This document shows, piece by piece, positions 8,562 through 16,917 of a stretch of DNA of 64,000 nucleotides. Origin of the DNA: an uncultured Thermotogae bacterium (GTDB lineage: Bacteria; Bipolaricaulota; Bipolaricaulia; UBA7950; UBA9294); the NCBI GenBank assembly GCA_964523545.1, contig CAZFZM010000010.1, forward strand, positions 1,350 through 65,349, given 5' to 3'. Positions within the stretch are counted from its first letter, which is position 1. Each line of letters starts with the position of its first letter. A model generated the notes under the pieces. That model made no database searches, had not been told where the DNA came from, and saw nothing but the letters and a program-made list of their open reading frames with translations. A program made the translations under genes and the position numbers.

Positions 8562-10886
8562 TTACCCGGGTTTCTTGGTTTCGTTCGCAGCTTGCCCACG
8601 CTTCCACAAGGGAACACGCGACAGGAACTTCGGCTGCCACTGCACGAGGATCGCCGGGATGATCGATATCGCCGACAAGGCACTGATCCCCATCGTCAGC
8701 GCGATCTGCCACCCGAACGTCCGGATCCCCTTGAACGAGGCGAAGATCAGGATGAAGAACCCGAGCGCCACGGTCAGCGCGTTGTAAGTGATGCCGCGCC
8801 CGGTCGTTTGGATTGTCGCCTGCAGCGACCGATTCGCGTCCTCGTCCTTCCGATACTCCGCCCGGAAGCGGGAGATGAAGTGGATCGAGTAGTCGACCCC
8901 GATCCCGATGGCGACCACCGACACCATCAGCGTCATGATGTCGAGCGGCTGTCCGGTGTACGCCATGATTCCCATCGAGAACGTAACCGTCAGGATCAGC
9001 GGGATCGCCGCGATCAACCCGGCGACGATCGAACCCATCAGCAGCATGACCAAGAGTGCGACGGCGAAGATCGTCGTCGCCAGACCGATCAGCTGGCTGT
9101 TCGTCATCTGGGTGAACATCCGGTCCATCAGCGTCGTTCCGCCGATCATCCGGACCCGCATCTCCCCGCCTTCCGGGAAGTGCTCGTCGAGGTAATCCTG
9201 CACGAGCCTCGCGAGGCGCGAGACGTTTCCGGACGATTCCATCTGGTACATCCCGGTCACCGTACCGGCTGAGAAGTCGCCGACAGCCATGTCGCCGAGC
9301 GTCCCGCCCTGGAACGTGTAGAGGAGCAGGAGCTGCGAGATCATCTCCCGGCTGTCAGGAATGACGTAGAACGCGGGATCGTCGGCGTTGAACTTCTCGT
9401 TCATCTGGCGGACGAGTGTCGTCAGCGAGAAGGTCTTCCCGACGCCGTTGTCGAGGAGGAAATCCTCCAGGCCGAGCATCGCGTTCAGTACCGCCGGATC
9501 CTTCAACCCGTCGCGCCGCCCGGTTTCAAACTCGACCATCAGGCTCATGTCGCCGGAGAAGTACTCGGACGTGAAGTCGAGGATTTTGACCGCCTCGTAC
9601 TCCTTGCCGAGGAACTCCTCGTTCGACGTCTCGACGCGCAGCCGGGGAATCCCCGCGACCATCACGCCGAAGATGATCAGGGCCACGAGAAGGACGATCT
9701 TCCGGTGCCCGGCGATGACTTTCTCGAACGCGAGCAGCACCCGCGTCAGCGGCCGGAGCCCCTTCGTGAGATCCCGCACCCGCGGCTTCTTCAGCAGCGA
9801 GAAGACAGCAGGAATCAACACGAGCGAGAAGAGCATCGCCGCCAGTACGCCGATTGCGGTGACGATACCGAAGTGGCGCTGCGGAACGAGGAACGACGAG
9901 AGCAACGAAAGGAATCCGACCGCAGTCGTCAGCGACGTCATCACGACCGGCCCCTTCATCTCCCGCATCGTGTTGAAGATCGCCTCGCGCTTCTCGACCC
10001 CCTTGGCGATCTCCTCGTTGTACCGGTTCAGCACATGGATCGCGTCGGCGATTCCGATCGCCAAAAGAAGGATCGGAGCGATGAAGGACATGCTCGTCAT
10101 CGGGAAGCCGAGAAGGACCATCGCCCCCATCGCTACGATGATTGACAACAGGACGATCGCGATCGGCAGAAGGATGCCGCGGATCGTCACGAACGACGCG
10201 AACAGGAGCGCGACCATCACCACGATCGCTAATGGGAAGAGGAGCGACGTGTCCTTGTTCATCTCCTCGGACATGACGGTGTCGAAGTACGCGTCGCCGT
10301 AGATGTACAGGGTGTCGCCGTCGCCGCGATTCGCATCGACGATCTCCACGATGTCCGGCGTGATTGCGTACTCGTCCGCCCCGACCTCGAGCTCGATGTT
10401 GATCAATGCCGCTTGCCCGTTTTCGCTGACCACACCTCCGATCAGGTTCTCGTCGGCCATCAGCCGCTCGCGGAAGATCTCCATGTCCTCGGTCGTCTTC
10501 GGCGCGACGCCGTCGGGTGCTGCCCTCCGGACGGAAAGCGCCGTCTCGGTTCCAACGATCGTCTGGGAGTTGAGTGGTGTGCTCACCGACTTGATTCCCG
10601 GGATCGCCTCGATCTCGTCGGCCATCCGCTCGATCTTGTCGAGCGTCGCCTCATTGAAGATGCCGTCCTCGTTGAACAGCATCACCATGATCCCCCACGA
10701 CCTGCCGTAGCGTGCCTCCGCCTCGTCCATCAGGACGATGATCGGATCGTCATCGGCCATGAACTCGCGGAAGTCTGTCTCCTGGGTCATGAACTGGATC
10801 GGGTACGCAAATCCCACGGCCAGCAACAGCGTCACGGCGATCGTCCAGATCGGGTGGTCTACAGCGAATCGAATCAGTCGGTTCAT
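8562..10886 (-). CDS. MMPL/RND-superfamily exporter (two 6-TM bundles with large extracytoplasmic loops)
   Basis: Track ORF 8562..10928. ATG 10886 overlaps the upstream stop (ATGA). Duplicated architecture with LLLAIGIADAIHVLNRYNEE in half 1 and VVAIGIGVDYSIHFISRFRAEY in half 2. Paralogous to the partial gene at 62765-64000. Confidence 0.85.
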   Translation of the reverse strand: MNRLIRFAVDHPIWTIAVTLLLAVGFAYPIQFMTQETDFREFMADDDPIIVLMDEAEARYGRSWGIMVMLFNEDGIFNEATLDKIERMADEIEAIPGIKSVSTPLNSQTIVGTETALSVRRAAPDGVAPKTTEDMEIFRERLMADENLIGGVVSENGQAALINIELEVGADEYAITPDIVEIVDANRGDGDTLYIYGDAYFDTVMSEEMNKDTSLLFPLAIVVMVALLFASFVTIRGILLPIAIVLLSIIVAMGAMVLLGFPMTSMSFIAPILLLAIGIADAIHVLNRYNEEIAKGVEKREAIFNTMREMKGPVVMTSLTTAVGFLSLLSSFLVPQRHFGIVTAIGVLAAMLFSLVLIPAVFSLLKKPRVRDLTKGLRPLTRVLLAFEKVIAGHRKIVLLVALIIFGVMVAGIPRLRVETSNEEFLGKEYEAVKILDFTSEYFSGDMSLMVEFETGRRDGLKDPAVLNAMLGLEDFLLDNGVGKTFSLTTLVRQMNEKFNADDPAFYVIPDSREMISQLLLLYTFQGGTLGDMAVGDFSAGTVTGMYQMESSGNVSRLARLVQDYLDEHFPEGGEMRVRMIGGTTLMDRMFTQMTNSQLIGLATTIFAVALLVMLLMGSIVAGLIAAIPLILTVTFSMGIMAYTGQPLDIMTLMVSVVAIGIGVDYSIHFISRFRAEYRKDEDANRSLQATIQTTGRGITYNALTVALGFFILIFASFKGIRTFGWQIALTMGISALSAISIIPAILVQWQPKFLSRVPLWKRGQAANETKKPG

Positions 10887-11383
10887 CGGATCCATCCCTT
10901 CGTTGAATAGACCGCCCAGAGGAGGCACGGCCAGAGGTCCTCGGAGACGTCAATCGCCTCGGCAATCTCGGCAAAGACGAGTTCGACGGTGCCGGCAAGA
11001 ACGCCGAGCGCAGCAGTCACGGCCGGCGGCAGATCGCTCAACCCGGCGCTGACGATCCATATATGGCTTATCGATCCGTCGTCGAGCCCCCTCGGAAGGA
11101 TCACGATCAAGTCGTACGGGCCTTCCCCTGCTTCGGGAAGACGGCCCGCGAGCGGATCGTCGTAGTTCGTCGTCACGTCACCGAGCGTTACTCCCACCTC
11201 GAACACTCCGACGGCACGCAGTGCGCCGACGAGCCCGGCGACCCGCATCGTCGAGTTGAACGTCTTCGTCTCGTCGACGACCAGAACGCGAATCGGCTCC
11301 GCCCCGGCTTGCGCGGACGCCATGAGCGCCGTCGCAACGACCAGAACGCACGTCCAACCAACGACCATCGATCGTCTGCTCAT
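10883..11383 (-). CDS. Secreted protein of unknown function, translationally coupled to the MMPL gene
   Basis: Signal peptide MSRRSMVVGWTCVLVVATALMASAQA. No recognisable family. The stop overlaps the MMPL start. Confidence 0.5.
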   Translation of the reverse strand: MSRRSMVVGWTCVLVVATALMASAQAGAEPIRVLVVDETKTFNSTMRVAGLVGALRAVGVFEVGVTLGDVTTNYDDPLAGRLPEAGEGPYDLIVILPRGLDDGSISHIWIVSAGLSDLPPAVTAALGVLAGTVELVFAEIAEAIDVSEDLWPCLLWAVYSTKGWIR

Positions 11384-11396
11384 CGTCTCTCCTTGT

Positions 11397-11888
11397 CTAC
11401 GTCGTCTCTTCCATGCGCCGGCGGATCAACTCGTCTCGCCGGTTCCGCCATCGCTCGCTCAGTCCGGGAAGCTCTTCCGCGAAGAAGTCGAGATACGCCT
11501 GCAATTCGATCAGTCGCGATTTGACCTCCATCGGTTCATCGCGAAGGAGCTGCGTGCCGGCCTCGAACAACCGCCGATGCCGCAGGATGTGTTCCGATCG
11601 CTCCAGCGTCATGTCCTCGAGGAAGTTCGGGCGCAGTCGGTAGTAGTGGCGGCGCTCGCCGGGCAGGCTGATCCGTTCGATGAACCCGAGCCGGAGCAGA
11701 AGCTGCGTGGCCATGCTGATCGCGCCCTTGCTCGCCTGCACGTCCTCCGCGAGCTCGGCGAGCGACATGTACGGCGGCACACAGACCAGCAGCGCTCCGA
11801 TCACGCGCCCGGCCATGTGCGGCAGTCCGTCTTCGTCCATCACGTCTGCCGCCTGCTCGATGAACCGCTTGTACTCCTCCCTGTCCAT
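11397..11888 (-). CDS. GbsR/MarR-type winged-helix transcriptional regulator
   Basis: wHTH segment MSLAELAEDVQASKGAISMATQLLLRLGFIERISLPGERRHYYRL. First gene of the operon. GGGAGGAG RBS. Confidence 0.7.
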   Translation of the reverse strand: MDREEYKRFIEQAADVMDEDGLPHMAGRVIGALLVCVPPYMSLAELAEDVQASKGAISMATQLLLRLGFIERISLPGERRHYYRLRPNFLEDMTLERSEHILRHRRLFEAGTQLLRDEPMEVKSRLIELQAYLDFFAEELPGLSERWRNRRDELIRRRMEETT

Positions 11889-11909
11889 GGCTCCTCCCGT
11901 GAAGGGCGG

Positions 11910-11938
11910 AGTATAACGAGTTCAGTTGGTTCAATCAA
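11910..11938 (-). promoter_or_regulatory. Sigma70-like promoter of the regulator-MMPL operon
   Basis: Minus strand TTGATT(11938-11933)-17 nt-TATACT(11915-11910), about 22 nt upstream of ATG 11888. Confidence 0.5.
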
Positions 11939-11983
11939 GAGTGAAACTTATGACCGAATCGGGTCTCGTTCGCAGCACGGTCT

Positions 11984-12769
11984 TCACCGCGGGCGGGTGA
12001 GGAACAGCGTGGCGACCTGCGGGCGGTCGATCGTCCCTCCGAACCGATCGATCGTCGAGCGAACGTTGTCGAGGAGTCGATCGAGATCCTCTGGATCGAG
12101 CGCGAGGTGATCGGAGAACGTCCGCAGCAGCTTCAGGTACTCCGCGGTCGCGTACGTCCTCGTCCACGGATACCGGCGGACGTCCGGGGCGTCGAACAGA
12201 CCGGACGCGGCGATCTCGCGCACGGTTCGCTCGACGCGCGCCTCCAACGAGCGCCTTTCAGAGGCCCCGACCAGCCGTGGGGCGCACGCCCGATAGACCT
12301 CGTCGAGCGCGCGGTGGACCGGCGCGTCGCACCCCGGGTAGAGGTTCCAGATCAGCGCCAGGCAACCGCCGGGACAAAGCGCCGAGTGGACCTTCGGATA
12401 CCCGATCGCCGGCTCGATCCAATGGAACGCCTGCGCCGCGACGACCAGATCGTAGGTGCCCGGCTCGACGTCCCATCGCTCGAAGTCGGCGCAGACGACC
12501 GCCGCGTTCGGGAACGACGCGAGGTTCGCCGCTGCGAGACGGCTCAGTTCGCGCCCGAGCTCGACCGCAGTGATCTCGTAGCCCCGTTCGGCCAACGGAA
12601 CGGTCAGCTGGCCGGTCCCGCACCCGATCTCGAGAATCGCTCCGCCGTCCGGAACTCCGGACGCATCGATCAACTCTTCGATCAGCTCGTCCGGATAGCC
12701 GGGCCGAACCTCGCCGTACGCCTCCGCAGATCGGTCGAACAGAACTCGGTCGTTGCGGTCGAACGCCAT
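11984..12769 (-). CDS. Class I SAM-dependent methyltransferase
   Basis: Motif I ILEIGCGTGQLTVPLAERG, then DLVVAAQAFHWI. Full-length track ORF. Confidence 0.75.
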   Translation of the reverse strand: MAFDRNDRVLFDRSAEAYGEVRPGYPDELIEELIDASGVPDGGAILEIGCGTGQLTVPLAERGYEITAVELGRELSRLAAANLASFPNAAVVCADFERWDVEPGTYDLVVAAQAFHWIEPAIGYPKVHSALCPGGCLALIWNLYPGCDAPVHRALDEVYRACAPRLVGASERRSLEARVERTVREIAASGLFDAPDVRRYPWTRTYATAEYLKLLRTFSDHLALDPEDLDRLLDNVRSTIDRFGGTIDRPQVATLFLTRPR

Positions 12770-12887
12770 CGTCGGCTCCTTCGGTCAAGGTCCTGCTGCG
12801 GACGCAGGACCGGTCGAGGGGGATTGTAGGCGACCACAACGGGAACTACAGTAGAACGCCGTACCGAAAACGTCGGGCGGTGACGCG

Positions 12888-13565
12888 ATGGTGCCCCGTC
12901 GATTGCACAAATGGGATCTGAGTCCGAAGGAGGCGATCCGGATCCAGCGTGAGCTAGCCCGTTGTCTCGTCCTGTCCTGGGACGGCCGGAAGGTCTCGTC
13001 GGTCGCCGGGGTCGATGTCTCCGTCAAGGCCGCGCGTGCGCGCGCGGCGATCGTCGTCCTGCACTACCCCGACCTCGAACCGATCGAGGGCGTGACCGCC
13101 GAAGCGGACGCCGCCTATCCGTACGTCCCCGGCCTGCTGACGTTCCGCGAGGGACCGGTGATCCTCGCCGCGTGGGAGAGACTGACATCCAAACCGGATC
13201 TTCTCGTGTTTGACGGGCAGGGGATCGCCCACCCACGCCGGATGGGCCTCGCGGCGCACGTGGGGCTGTGGCTCGACCGGCCGAGCGTCGGCGTCGCCAA
13301 ATCGCGACTCTACGGAACGTACGAGCCGCCCGGACCGAACCGTGGAGATTCAACCTGCCTGCGCGACGAGAGAAACCCCGAGCGGATCATCGGCTCGGTC
13401 CTCCGAACGCGCTCCGGCGTGAAGCCGGTCTTCGTCTCCCCCGGTCACCGGATCGACGTCGAGCACGCGTCCGAGTTCGCCCTCGCCTGCTGCACCCGAT
13501 ACCGACTCCCCGAGACGACCCGATGGGCCCACCGCGTCGCGGGCGGCGCGCCGCTTCCCAGGTAG
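12888..13565 (+). CDS. nfi: Endonuclease V (deoxyinosine 3' endonuclease)
   Basis: Signature segments AGVDVS, YPYVPGLLTFREGP, LLVFDGQGIAHPRRMGLAAHVGL, PVFVSPGHRI. Confidence 0.9.
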   Translation: MVPRRLHKWDLSPKEAIRIQRELARCLVLSWDGRKVSSVAGVDVSVKAARARAAIVVLHYPDLEPIEGVTAEADAAYPYVPGLLTFREGPVILAAWERLTSKPDLLVFDGQGIAHPRRMGLAAHVGLWLDRPSVGVAKSRLYGTYEPPGPNRGDSTCLRDERNPERIIGSVLRTRSGVKPVFVSPGHRIDVEHASEFALACCTRYRLPETTRWAHRVAGGAPLPR

Positions 13566-13673
13566 GTCACGACGTCTCCCTCTTCCTCGGTACCGCGGAG
13601 ACGGTGGCGAGACGATTCCGGGGACGCTCGCCGTGTATTCTTCGAGCAACACGAGCCACGAAAGGAGCCCACG

Positions 13674-14786
13674 ATGAGCCCGATCGATGTGCGTGCGAAG
13701 TGGGTGGAGCCTCAGACCGTCGTCGGCGTTCGGTGCTTCGTCAAGGACCAGCACGAAGTCCAGGCGGCGATCGAAGGGCTGCGAGAGACGGCCCGCGACG
13801 TAGCGAGCGGCCCGCCGGTGTGCCTGTTCCTCGGGCACGATCCGGAGAAGGGGTTCCAGGTCGAGATCGGGCTTCCCGTGGCAGAGAGCGCGACGATCGA
13901 GGGGGCAGAAATCAAGACACTCGCCGGGGATCACGTCCTCTGGGCCACCCACAAAGGGCCGTACACAAAGTCCGACGGCGCGCCGGGTCTTCGCGAGACG
14001 GCCGAGCGGATGTGGGGGTTCATCGTGGAGAGGAACCTCCTCGCCGGAGACAACCCGACGCGCTACGTCTACCTGGAGGGTCCGGAGACGCACGGGAATC
14101 GGGCCGAGCACTACGTCACCGAGATCCAGATCTCCTACCACTTCCCGACCTGGATCGAATCGCTCGAACGCGGGCTGAAGGAGCGCATCGACGAGAAGAC
14201 GGCCACGGCGGTCACGGCCGGCTCGAACGAGGTCCGACACGACTTCGATTCGGAGAAGCTCCGCGCGTGGGTCCTCGGCGCACTCGACCGCCTCGACGAA
14301 TCGGTCCCGTCCGAACGGACGCGCGCGTGCGTCCTCAACGGCTGCGCCCATCGCTACCCGAAGGCCCAGCTCCTCCGGATGAAGGCGGCGTACGAGGAGG
14401 AGGGCGACGTCGTTCGGTTCATCGAGCGACTGAACCGGGACGACGACCTGTTCCCGTCGAGGATCTTCTGGGTGGAAGGAGAGCCGAGACACGTCGTCTA
14501 CACCGAGAAGCTCGTCCCGCCGTGGAATCGGGAGGCGTACGATCGGGCAACGGACCCGGCCGAGAAGCGCTACTACGGCTGCTTCTGCTCCCTGGTCAAG
14601 GAAGTCATCCGAACCGGCGAGGAGCTGTCGACGTCGTTCTGCAACTGCTCCGCCGGCTGGTACGTCCAGATGTGGGAGACGATCCTCGATCGAAGACCGA
14701 TCCGCGTCGACGTCGTACAGTCGATCCTCCGCGGCGACGATCGCTGCCGCTTCGCCATCCACCTGCCCGAGGACCTCGTTTCGTAG
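13674..14786 (+). CDS. Fusion of an N-terminal GyrI-like (SOUL/AraC-effector-binding fold) domain and a C-terminal Cys-rich domain
   Basis: GAAAGGAG RBS. The N-terminal ~160 aa look GyrI-like (VEPQTVVGVRCFV, HVLWATHKGPY, TEIQISY). The C-terminal part carries CVLNGCAH, YYGCFCSLV, FCNCSAGWY and GDDRCRFAIH. Confidence 0.6.
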   Translation: MSPIDVRAKWVEPQTVVGVRCFVKDQHEVQAAIEGLRETARDVASGPPVCLFLGHDPEKGFQVEIGLPVAESATIEGAEIKTLAGDHVLWATHKGPYTKSDGAPGLRETAERMWGFIVERNLLAGDNPTRYVYLEGPETHGNRAEHYVTEIQISYHFPTWIESLERGLKERIDEKTATAVTAGSNEVRHDFDSEKLRAWVLGALDRLDESVPSERTRACVLNGCAHRYPKAQLLRMKAAYEEEGDVVRFIERLNRDDDLFPSRIFWVEGEPRHVVYTEKLVPPWNREAYDRATDPAEKRYYGCFCSLVKEVIRTGEELSTSFCNCSAGWYVQMWETILDRRPIRVDVVQSILRGDDRCRFAIHLPEDLVS

Positions 14787-14808
14787 ACGCTGGCGCACCC
14801 ACGAGCCG

Positions 14809-16044
14809 TCAGCCGATCTCCAGGTCGTCGCTCGCCATGAAGAAGCCGCCGACGTGCTGGGGAATCGGGCGCACGAGCAGCGAGGTCCCCAACCGGACGG
14901 ACCCGTCGCCGAAGCGATCCCGAATCCGATCGACGGCTTGATTCAACCGTTCGCGCCGCCGATCCGTCTCCAACAGCGCGTACGACGTCCGGTCAGTCGG
15001 CACGAGGTTGCCGACGGAGACGCCGACGTTGGAGACCCGGTCGGGCTTCACCGGGATCTTCCCGAGGACGACGAGGCACGCTTCGTAGAACGTCTCCCCG
15101 TCGTCGGACGGGAGATCGAGCGTCGCCTGCTTGCCGTAGTGCGGCCCGATCGATCCGACCCGGAATCCGCAATGGACGGTCCGGCCCATGTAGCCAAGCC
15201 GGCGCATCCGCCGCGCCACCTTGTCACAGAGGTCGCGCAGGACGATCAACGCGAGAGGGAAGTGCCGGAGATCCGAGGGCAACGATTTGGAGTGTCCGAC
15301 CGATTTTGGAGGAGGGGCGTCCGTGTGGGGGACGAGCGGCGTCGAATCGCGTCCCTGACCGATCTCGTGAAGGTGAAGTCCGTACACCCCGAACTCGCGC
15401 TTCAGGAACCGCTCCGACGCGTTCCCGAGATCCCGCAGCGTGCGGATTCCGACCCGCTTCAACCGCGTCTCGATTCGCGGTCCGATCCCACAAACGTCGC
15501 CGACCGGCGTCGACTCCAGCAGCTCCGGGATCTCCTCGTCGTCGAGCAGGCCGACCCCGTCCGGCTTGTGGCGGGATCCGATCAGCTTGGCGAACGTCTT
15601 CCCCGACGCGATCCCGATCGTCGCGGTGATGCATTCGCCGAGGGCTTCACGAAAGTCCGCTTTGATCCCATGCGCCATCGGGATCGGCCCGCCGTGTTTC
15701 GGGGCCTCCTGCGTCACGTCCAGGAACGCCTCGTCGACGGAGTACACCTCCAGCAGCGCGGTGTATTCCTTGAGGATCTCGACGAATCGCTTGGTGATCG
15801 AGAGATACCGCTCCGGGTTGCCGGAGACGAGGACGAGGTCCGGGCACGCCTTCAGCGCTTCCCAGACCGGCATTCCCGTCCACACCTTGTACCGTTTCGC
15901 CTCGCGTGAAGCGGCGACGACGATCGACCGTTCCGTCGGGCGGCCGGTGACGCCGATCGGTCTTCCGCGCAGGGAGGGACGCGCCTGCTGTTCCACCGAG
16001 GCGAAGTACGAGTCCATGTCGACGTGCAGGATCACGCGTCGCAT
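14809..16044 (-). CDS. dinB: Y-family DNA polymerase IV
   Basis: MRRVILHVDMDSYFASVEQQ, YSVDEAFLDVT, plus a little-finger domain. GGGGAG RBS just after the upstream stop. Confidence 0.9.
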   Translation of the reverse strand: MRRVILHVDMDSYFASVEQQARPSLRGRPIGVTGRPTERSIVVAASREAKRYKVWTGMPVWEALKACPDLVLVSGNPERYLSITKRFVEILKEYTALLEVYSVDEAFLDVTQEAPKHGGPIPMAHGIKADFREALGECITATIGIASGKTFAKLIGSRHKPDGVGLLDDEEIPELLESTPVGDVCGIGPRIETRLKRVGIRTLRDLGNASERFLKREFGVYGLHLHEIGQGRDSTPLVPHTDAPPPKSVGHSKSLPSDLRHFPLALIVLRDLCDKVARRMRRLGYMGRTVHCGFRVGSIGPHYGKQATLDLPSDDGETFYEACLVVLGKIPVKPDRVSNVGVSVGNLVPTDRTSYALLETDRRRERLNQAVDRIRDRFGDGSVRLGTSLLVRPIPQHVGGFFMASDDLEIG

Positions 16045-16059
16045 TCGACCACGCTCCCC

Positions 16060-16314
16060 TCACCCGTCCGCTTCGAGCGCTTCGAGCGTCCATCGCCCAC
16101 GTCCCGTATCGAGACGGAGGACGTACGTATCGCCGCTGCAATCGACCGAGTACACCAGATACGCCGTCTCGCCCTCCCGCTCCCGGTGGACGAGGTGCGT
16201 CGAGGTCACGTCGTACCGGCGGTTCTTCCACCGAAAGGCGCGCAAGAGGGGGTGCGGGGCCCCGCTGCGGTAGACAACCAGTGCATCGACGAGTTCGTTC
16301 ACCGGGTAGAACAT
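16060..16314 (-). CDS. Small conserved-looking protein (84 aa) immediately upstream of dinB
   Basis: Track ORF 16060..16332 (TTG). ATG 16314 gives MFYPVNELVDALVVYRSGAPHPLLRAFRWKNRRYDVTSTHLVHRE. High GC3. The stop is 15 nt before dinB. Start uncertain (16314 or 16332). Confidence 0.5.
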   Translation of the reverse strand: MFYPVNELVDALVVYRSGAPHPLLRAFRWKNRRYDVTSTHLVHREREGETAYLVYSVDCSGDTYVLRLDTGRGRWTLEALEADG

Positions 16315-16348
16315 GTTCGTACACTTAGTCAAGTGTACAACGTGTACG
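16309..16348. promoter_or_regulatory. Cluster of nested palindromes (candidate operator) in the gap before the small-protein/dinB pair
   Basis: GAACATGTTC (16309-16318). GTACACTT-AGTC-AAGTGTAC (16319-16338, perfect 8-bp arms). CGTACAC (16318-16324) paired with GTGTACG (16342-16348). Confidence 0.4.
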
Positions 16349-16356
16349 TCGGTCTG

Positions 16357-16917
16357 TCAACCGCTCAGGATGGAGTGGAGTTCGTAAACGTCCTGCGGAC
16401 CCTTCATCCCGATCTTGCGGCGACGGATCAAGCGGAGATCGGCGAGGCGGGCGACGCGGTTGACGCACGCGCTCATCTGCAGGCCGAGCTCCTCGGCCAA
16501 CTCCCTCGCCGTCGTCCGCTTCTTCTCGACGATCCGCTCCAGCGTCTCGAAGAGCGCCGGGGTGTGGAATCCCACGAGCCGCCATCGCCCGTCGTGAAGA
16601 CAGATCATCGCCAGGCGGCGTTGGGCGAGCTTCACGTCGATCCCTTCCGTCAGTTCGAGGGAGGGCGTGTCGAGGACCATCGTCCGGTCGCCGAACTCCC
16701 CGTCCACGACGTGTTGGCACGCCTTACCGACGAGCTCGTCGGCAAACGACGTGCTGAGGACTTCGAGCCCGTCGAGACGGATCCGAACCTGTCCCTCGTC
16801 CGGAAGAGACCGTAGCAGCGACTCGAGCTTTTCCCGGGCGCGCTCGCCCTCCAGGCGCGTTCCAAGGCGCTCGCCGAACTGCGCGACGCGAAACTCCGCA
16901 ACATCCATGGGCGTCAT
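16357..16917 (-). CDS. STAS-like (DUF4325-type) domain protein with C-terminal winged-helix
   Basis: N-terminal half VRIRLDGLEVLSTSFADELVGKA, matching my memory of the STAS-like DUF4325 'SFADE' signature. C-terminal wHTH RTTARELAEELGLQMSACVNRVARLADLRLIRRR. ATGA overlap with the upstream gene. Confidence 0.55.
   Translation of the reverse strand: MTPMDVAEFRVAQFGERLGTRLEGERAREKLESLLRSLPDEGQVRIRLDGLEVLSTSFADELVGKACQHVVDGEFGDRTMVLDTPSLELTEGIDVKLAQRRLAMICLHDGRWRLVGFHTPALFETLERIVEKKRTTARELAEELGLQMSACVNRVARLADLRLIRRRKIGMKGPQDVYELHSILSG

Noticed and set aside
16309-16318. GAACATGTTC as a LexA (Cheo-type) SOS box upstream of dinB
   Set aside because: The Cheo/Actinobacterial consensus is GAAC-N4-GTTC, and here the spacer is N2. 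It is kept only as part of the palindrome cluster finding, not called as a LexA site.
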